A stretch of 64,000 bases of DNA from Eledone cirrhosa. Taxonomy: Eukaryota. Below, piece after piece: positions 1-64,000 of the stretch. The translations under genes and the position numbers were made by a program. The stretch is from NCBI GenBank assembly GCA_964016885.1, contig OZ024742.1, forward strand, positions 138,632,001 through 138,696,000. The letters are read 5' to 3'. Positions within the stretch are counted from its first letter, which is position 1; each line of letters starts with the position of its first letter. The notes under the pieces were generated by a model. It was not told where the DNA came from, ran no database searches, and was given only the letters and a program-made list of their open reading frames with translations.

Positions 1-255
1 CGAATCAGGATTTGGACACCATGGTGGTCCACTCAAGTAGAGAGACCTATCCGGGTGTAGGAGGTTTATCCGGGATTTCTTGAAGGAATTTCTCCAAAGA
101 CTTCTTGAACTTTATGGGGTCTGTTTCCATTTTAATGTGTTTTGGTGTAATGTTAAGGAGAGTGTGGCCAATTCAAATGAAATAATTGTGCCGTATTGTT
201 TTCTAACTTTCACACACAACTTTTATCTACCTACCAGTTCTCTTCTTATCCGAAC

Positions 256-350
256 TTTTCTGATGAATGACTCCTGACCGAAACGTCGAACCCTCTCCCA
301 TTTTCTCCAAGCGTGAACCTAATATAACTGTGTATTTTTGCAGCCATGTG
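256..350 (+). mobile_element. PLE pLTR remnant with degenerate hammerhead
   Basis: ctgatga...gaaacgtcgaa, but stem II is poorly paired; tail similar to the 53318 copy. Confidence 0.5.
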
Positions 351-375
351 TTTGTTCTGTTTATCTATCCATCTA

Positions 376-461
<86 letters not shown>

Positions 462-2125
462 AAGACGAGGGGGGGGGCGCGTCACGAGTGATATTGTGAT
501 ATTAGTAATAATTATAAACTCCATAAACTGGTCACTGGCCGTCGGAGTTGGCGTAAAGAGCTTCTGACCCCTACCGATGGCAGTGTTGGTTCATTCGGGG
601 TCAGAGTTTCTGACAAAATAGTTAAATTCTGGTGAGAAACCCCACGGAAAACCCCGGATTACTCTGGTGTACACAAGTGATGCGTATAGGTGATTATTGA
701 GTGAAGAAGTGCCAAGAGTTCCGCGCGAAGCAAGAACAACAAAGAATTAAACATAAGCGGTGAAAGGTGAATTCAAATCGTTGAACCCCACTGAGGAGGA
801 GACGAAGGAACGCAGAAGATGGAGGTAGACTATGCTGGAAATGCTCCGTCCAACCCATGCGACGTAAAAAGGTGGTGATGATGATGACGACAACAACGAC
901 GAGGACAACGATGATGATGATGTAATTGACTCAATAAAATATTTTGAGTCATTTCCAGTACTTTACAATCTTGTTAAAAACCTGCCGATATAAGTTTTAT
1001 ATCTTTCCACTTTTCTGGGTTCATAAGACGCAGTCGCTGACCAGATATATGGATGAGGAGTATTGCTAAAACATTGAATAAGAAACTTTGTGGCATTGTT
1101 CTGGATCGTTACTTTTTTTAGTATAAATCAAGTATGGCCTACCTTCGTTACCATAAGTCTAATAAATGACAGATTTATGCTTTCAAACAATTTTGGTAAC
1201 AATAAAAAATTTGACCGGATTCAATAACAGAAAATTCTAGTTACTTTACAGCTTCCCTCGTTTTCCATTTTTCATTTAGTTATATTGTTTTCTTTTCTTT
1301 TATGCCTATTCTTCCTCTCGTTGGCCTTCTATATTTAAGATTTTGCTCATTTTATTTTTGTCTTTGGTTATCTTGCTCTTTGTTTCTCAATTGTAAGAAG
1401 TAAAAGATACTTCCACTTATCTGCCAAGCCTTACTAGTTCTATACGGACATTGAAATTGATAAAATAATATAACTACCTTTCTCATTATCAAGCTGGTGT
1501 TTGTAACATTATAGGGTTCTAACATAAAATTATGATGGATGGATGGAAGGCTTTTTAATAAATAAACATTTAAAAACTGTTTTGTACCATAGAACTAAGG
1601 ATACCAAAAGGTTAACACTTCACTCAGTTTTATACCACTACCTTTTTCTTAAGTGATTTTAAAACATGTCTAAAATAAAAATTAAAATAAAAAGATAGAA
1701 CTGTCCCACATTTGATCGCGGGTTTACAGGATCATGGCTGACCTGGGACTAAACAACAGCACTAAGAACAAAATAACGAAAACAATTACAAGAACAATAA
1801 CAACAGCAATAAATTACAACAAAAATTAACACAAGAGACAAAATAAAAGCCATAAGACTTAGATGAATTTATTAAGTTGATCATTCTTTAGAGTTGACAT
1901 GGCTTCACACGATCGGCAGTAAAATCTTGAGTGAGATCTGAACACATGTGTGTTCGCGTGTGGGTATGTAATTTCTCCCTTTATATATATGTATACACTC
2001 ACATATACACACACACATATATAAATATATTTATGTATATATAACCACACACATACACACATATATATATATATATATATATATTTATAAACATACATGC
2101 ATTCATATATATATTTATGAGCATG

Positions 2126-2178
<53 letters not shown>

Positions 2179-2186
2179 GCATGCTC

Positions 2187-2254
<68 letters not shown>

Positions 2255-2260
2255 GTTTAC

Positions 2261-2292
<32 letters not shown>

Positions 2293-2599
2293 ATATACGT
2301 GTTTTTCAACGGGTCACATTGTGGCTCAATGAAAAGTTAATAAATTAAATAATCAGAGCTATATATCATAAAACATGTCTATAGAATCACCAGCTCTGAT
2401 TATTTAATTTATTAAATTTACGATCTGAGTTCAAATCCCGCCGAGGTTGACTTTGCCTTTCATCCTTACGGGGTCGGTAAAATAAAGTAGCAGTAATGCA
2501 CTGGGTAATTTGCTGGCCTTGTGCCTAAAGTAGAAACAATGATTTAATTTATTAACTTTTCATTGAGCCACAATGTGACCCGTTGCAAAACACGTATAT

Positions 2600-2687
<88 letters not shown>

Positions 2688-2890
2688 AAACCTTTATATG
2701 TAATAATCTCCCATTAGGTTGAGATACAAATTTGGCTGTATAGTGCTGTGCTTTCTAGCAAATAGCCACTAGCCGTAAGCAACTACCACACCCTTCCAAC
2801 CTGACCGCTCCAACGTCACGATTCTTAGCCATTTTGAATGTATTCTCGGCGCGATCACTTTGGAAAATTTAATGTCTAGATTAGAGCAAA

Positions 2891-2963
2891 CTCCTGAAGA
2901 GTCCGATGCTCGAATTTCCGAATATATTGGAAATCTCAAAATGCGGACGAAACCATGGTAGAG
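2891..2963 (+). ncRNA. Type I hammerhead ribozyme motif
   Basis: cuc-CUGAAGA-guccg...cggac-GAAA-ccaugg-UA-gag. Confidence 0.82.
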
Positions 2964-3255
2964 GTAAAAAATGTATTCTCTTTTCTCCTAGTTTATTTTA
3001 CACCTAATTCTGTTTAATTAACTGTATATCTGGGCGATTTCGCTGTCGAAATATTCGATAAATATTCCGTCGCAGCCGACGCGAAGGGCTAGTTTCGGTT
3101 ATTTGTTGGGGATTTCTTCATAGAAGCCTTATTCTTATAGCCTGGTCTATTCGATTTTTATAGCCTGGTCTATTCGATTTTTTATATAGTTGATTATGCT
3201 AATTGGGAGAGGAAATGGTATATATTTTATCTGGTGATTCTATAGACATGTTTTA

Positions 3256-3303
<48 letters not shown>

Positions 3304-3608
3304 AATGGTTGACTTAAGAAGCATTGAGGAAATTGGAAATTCAAAATGTGTGTGTCTGACACAAATGACCATAATAATAACTGTATATAAATGTATATAA
3401 TGGTTGAAAAAATAGGGTAAACTCCATTTGGAGACAGAACAAATGGAAAAATATGTGATTCGTTTCCTCGCAAGGACTTGTGTTCATTTTTCTCCGCCCT
3501 CAAGGGTGCGCTAGCCGATTTTCTCTACAAATATTTTCAGTGATCTACAATTATAGTGGTTTGTCTCTACTTTTAAAATTTCTGAAACTTATTAAGTCAA
3601 CCGCTTTC

Positions 3609-3640
<32 letters not shown>

Positions 3641-3721
3641 TGTATGTATGTATGTATGTATGTATGTATGTATGTATGTATGTATGTATGTATGATTGTA
3701 TGTATGTATATACGTAAGTAC

Positions 3722-3765
<44 letters not shown>

Positions 3766-3780
3766 ATATATATTTATATA

Positions 3781-3832
<52 letters not shown>

Positions 3833-3888
3833 CCCATATGCATGCGTCCTCAACATAATGAGTTAGGCACTTTTATATTCTATGATAA

Positions 3889-61659
<57,771 letters not shown>

Positions 61660-61691
61660 CTGCAATGAAAAATAGGGGAAATGCCTTATAA

Positions 61692-62120
61692 TAATGGTTT
61701 CTGATTTAGATACAAGGCCAGCAATTTTGTGGTGGTGGTGGTGGGGCGGGATTCGATTATGTCGACTCCAGTGCATTACTGGTGCTTTATTTTATCGACC
61801 TTGCTAGGATGAAAGGCAAAGCTAACCTCGGTGAGATTTGAACTCAGAACGTAAAGGGCCGTTACTCTATGCTGCAAAGCATGTTTTCCGACGCTCTAGC
61901 GAATGCCTTATAATAATGGTTTCTTATATAGGCAAAAGGCTAGCAATTTAGGGAGAGGGGAAAGTCGATTAAATCGACCCCAGTGCGTGACTGGTACTTT
62001 ATTTTATCGACTCCGTAAGGATGAACGGCAAATTTAACCTCGGCGGGATTTGAACTTAGATCATAAAGAGCAGTAACTCTATGCCTCAAAGCATGGCGTC
62101 CGACCTTCTACCGATACTGC
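61692..62120 (-). mobile_element. Two adjacent SINE copies. Further copies at about 2421, 6000, 7972, 11880, 29385, 49430, 49975, 56312, 56690, 57545, 57840 and 62730
   Basis: Same family; gccttataataatgg duplicated. Confidence 0.8.
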
Positions 62121-63127
62121 GAAGGGAAGATACGCACATGGTGGATAGGGAATCGCTCCCGTAAGTTTTTGATTTTTTACATATTTGAAACAATTGTGAT
62201 AGAATTACAAATGGAACGTAAGATATCAGTCTTAACACTCAGGAAGTGGCAACACATCACATTACGGCATAGGGCTCCAATATTTAATATTTAATTTAAT
62301 ATTTAATTTTGTACCAGAAATGTTATAGTCAGAAAAGAAAATGGCTAGAAAACAACAGCCAAATAACTTCACACCAGCACCACCACCACCGCCGCCGCCA
62401 CCATCACCATCACCATCACCACTACCACAAAAAATCTAGCCAAATACAAACCAGCACCATCCATATAATACTGCTGTCCCATCACCAACGTCACCACTGC
62501 AGTGTCGCTACCCCTCACTATTCCCTCACTACTTAAGAGAGGGGTGGTGATCCAGCTACACATGAAAAGAAGCGAGGAAGGTATCAAAAGATATAAATAG
62601 ACTGGATTAGTGACTCGGTGAAACAGCTAACAACAACAACACCAAAATAATTATGTTGTTGTATCTCTAAACTCTCTCAAAATGTTTAGTTTAAACGATG
62701 TCAAATCTAAACTATAATATAATAATAATAATTGCTTCTGCTTTTGGCACGGAGCCAGCAATTGTCCCGGTGTGTTGCAGGTGCTTTGCGGTGTCGGCCC
62801 CGTAGGGATGAAAGGAAAAAAATTATAGAAAAAATTATAGTCGAAAAATTATAGAACAGAACACAGACAGAAGCAAACGCAACAACAAACACAAATTTCA
62901 AAAGTTTTGAACACAACAACCCCTACTTCCCTTAGCAGCAGCAGCAACAACAACACTAGTACAACAACACTAGTAACCGATGTTACTGGCCTTGTAAAAC
63001 GAAAAACGCAAAGGAGAAAAACAAACAAGCACAAAAAGAAAAGAAAAAAACTAAGTCAAACATTCAAACATTACAATGAAACTTTGGGTTTTTATCTATT
63101 TGTTTGTTTGTTTATTTATGTTCATCT

Positions 63128-64000
63128 ACAGCGTGATGGTGCCACGCTAAAATCACCGGGGGTGATGAAACCACCGGTAGTTATGTAACCATACATTCAC
63201 CAATCCTCGATATGAGTGCTTAAATGTCGAACCTTAACAGTTCGAATAACGGTGAAATGGAGACTGGAATGTCATGTGACAGACTCTCATCCAGCAGGTG
63301 CTCCCTGGCCCAGCAGTAGGGACCTGGCTGTCATCCAAATACTGCTGGTGTTGGAGGAAGAAGAAGAAGGAAAGGGACCAGAACGAACTGGACGAAAGAA
63401 TTGAGTAGAACTGTTATGCAATGTTACCTGAAGACTAACCCCAAGGAATAAAGGCTATAGGAAACGAATGCATAACATCTGGAACGAGATTGGTCTATTT
63501 AAATTAGATGAACAAAAATTGGCCGGGCAGACTCGGGTAATAAGAACTAATGGGTGGATAAGCGAGCTTGAACTAGAGGAACTGAGCAGAGAGATTAGGT
63601 TGGAAATGGAGAGTGGGGTATGCCAGGCAAACGAGCCAGAGGGAAATGAAGGTGAAGAGGTTGAGAGAACGGAGGAAGCATCCGAAGCAGACAATGATCT
63701 GAATGCTGAAATAAATAATACCTGGAACAAAGATACGGCCATTGAGGAAATGAATGCTGACGGGCTAGGACAAGATTTGGTTGATATCCTAAACTTAGTA
63801 GTAGATGAAATGAACAATGGTAGTGGGAAACCTATGAACCTAAGATTTGTAGACAGGAAAAAGCTAAAAGAAACAACAGCTAAGGTAAACAAAGTCATCC
63901 CATACCTTGAGGCGAGGACCCTTCACCTGTGTAACAATATCCTCAAAGCAACAGCAAATGCGGTGAGGAAATTACTTGGCATAAAAGCGAGAGGAAACAA
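63128..64000 (+). mobile_element. 5' part of an R4/Dong-like element, frameshifted, running off the window
   Basis: Hand translation: WTKELSRTVMQCY...GYRKRMHNIWNEIG...EQKLAGQTRVIRTNGWISELELEEL, resembling R4-clade N-termini (recall); start coordinate approximate. Confidence 0.6.

Noticed and set aside
63128-63190. Hairpin accggggg..ccaccggt with upstream ctaa as an R4 5' ribozyme
   Set aside because: Could not assemble P1-P3 of an HDV fold or a hammerhead core by eye
61660-64000. Further upstream ABCC exons
   Set aside because: No TM-helix or ABCC motif with suitable splice sites seen; the region is SINEs, simple repeats and a LINE 5' end

Overview
AT-rich, microsatellite-dense animal genomic DNA; the SINE and microsatellite landscape suggests a mollusc, probably an octopus (inference). 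The window holds the 3' half of one intact-looking minus-strand gene, an ABCC/MRP transporter most like ABCC5: 11 exons (61659 down to the stop at 3889) join in frame to encode TMD2 plus NBD2. Its introns are filled with retroelements: (1) a 5'-truncated Naiad-type Penelope-like element (RT + GIY-YIG, inverted pLTR); (2) about 17 kb of LINEs stacked in one (AAT)n microsatellite, two Tx1-like and two R4/Dong-like; (3) RTE-type fragments; (4) over 20 copies of one tRNA-derived SINE; (5) a non-autonomous Helitron-like piece; (6) a 4.4 kb triplet-phased minisatellite. Most notable: about ten type I hammerhead ribozyme motifs with palindromic stem III, many inside fold-back duplications at (TA)n tracts; a possible 52-53 nt intron that would fuse ORF1 to ORF2 in frame in both Tx1 copies; and a 3' tail shared between the Tx1 LINE and the SINE. 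All motifs and coordinates were read by eye; no alignment, folding or database search was run.
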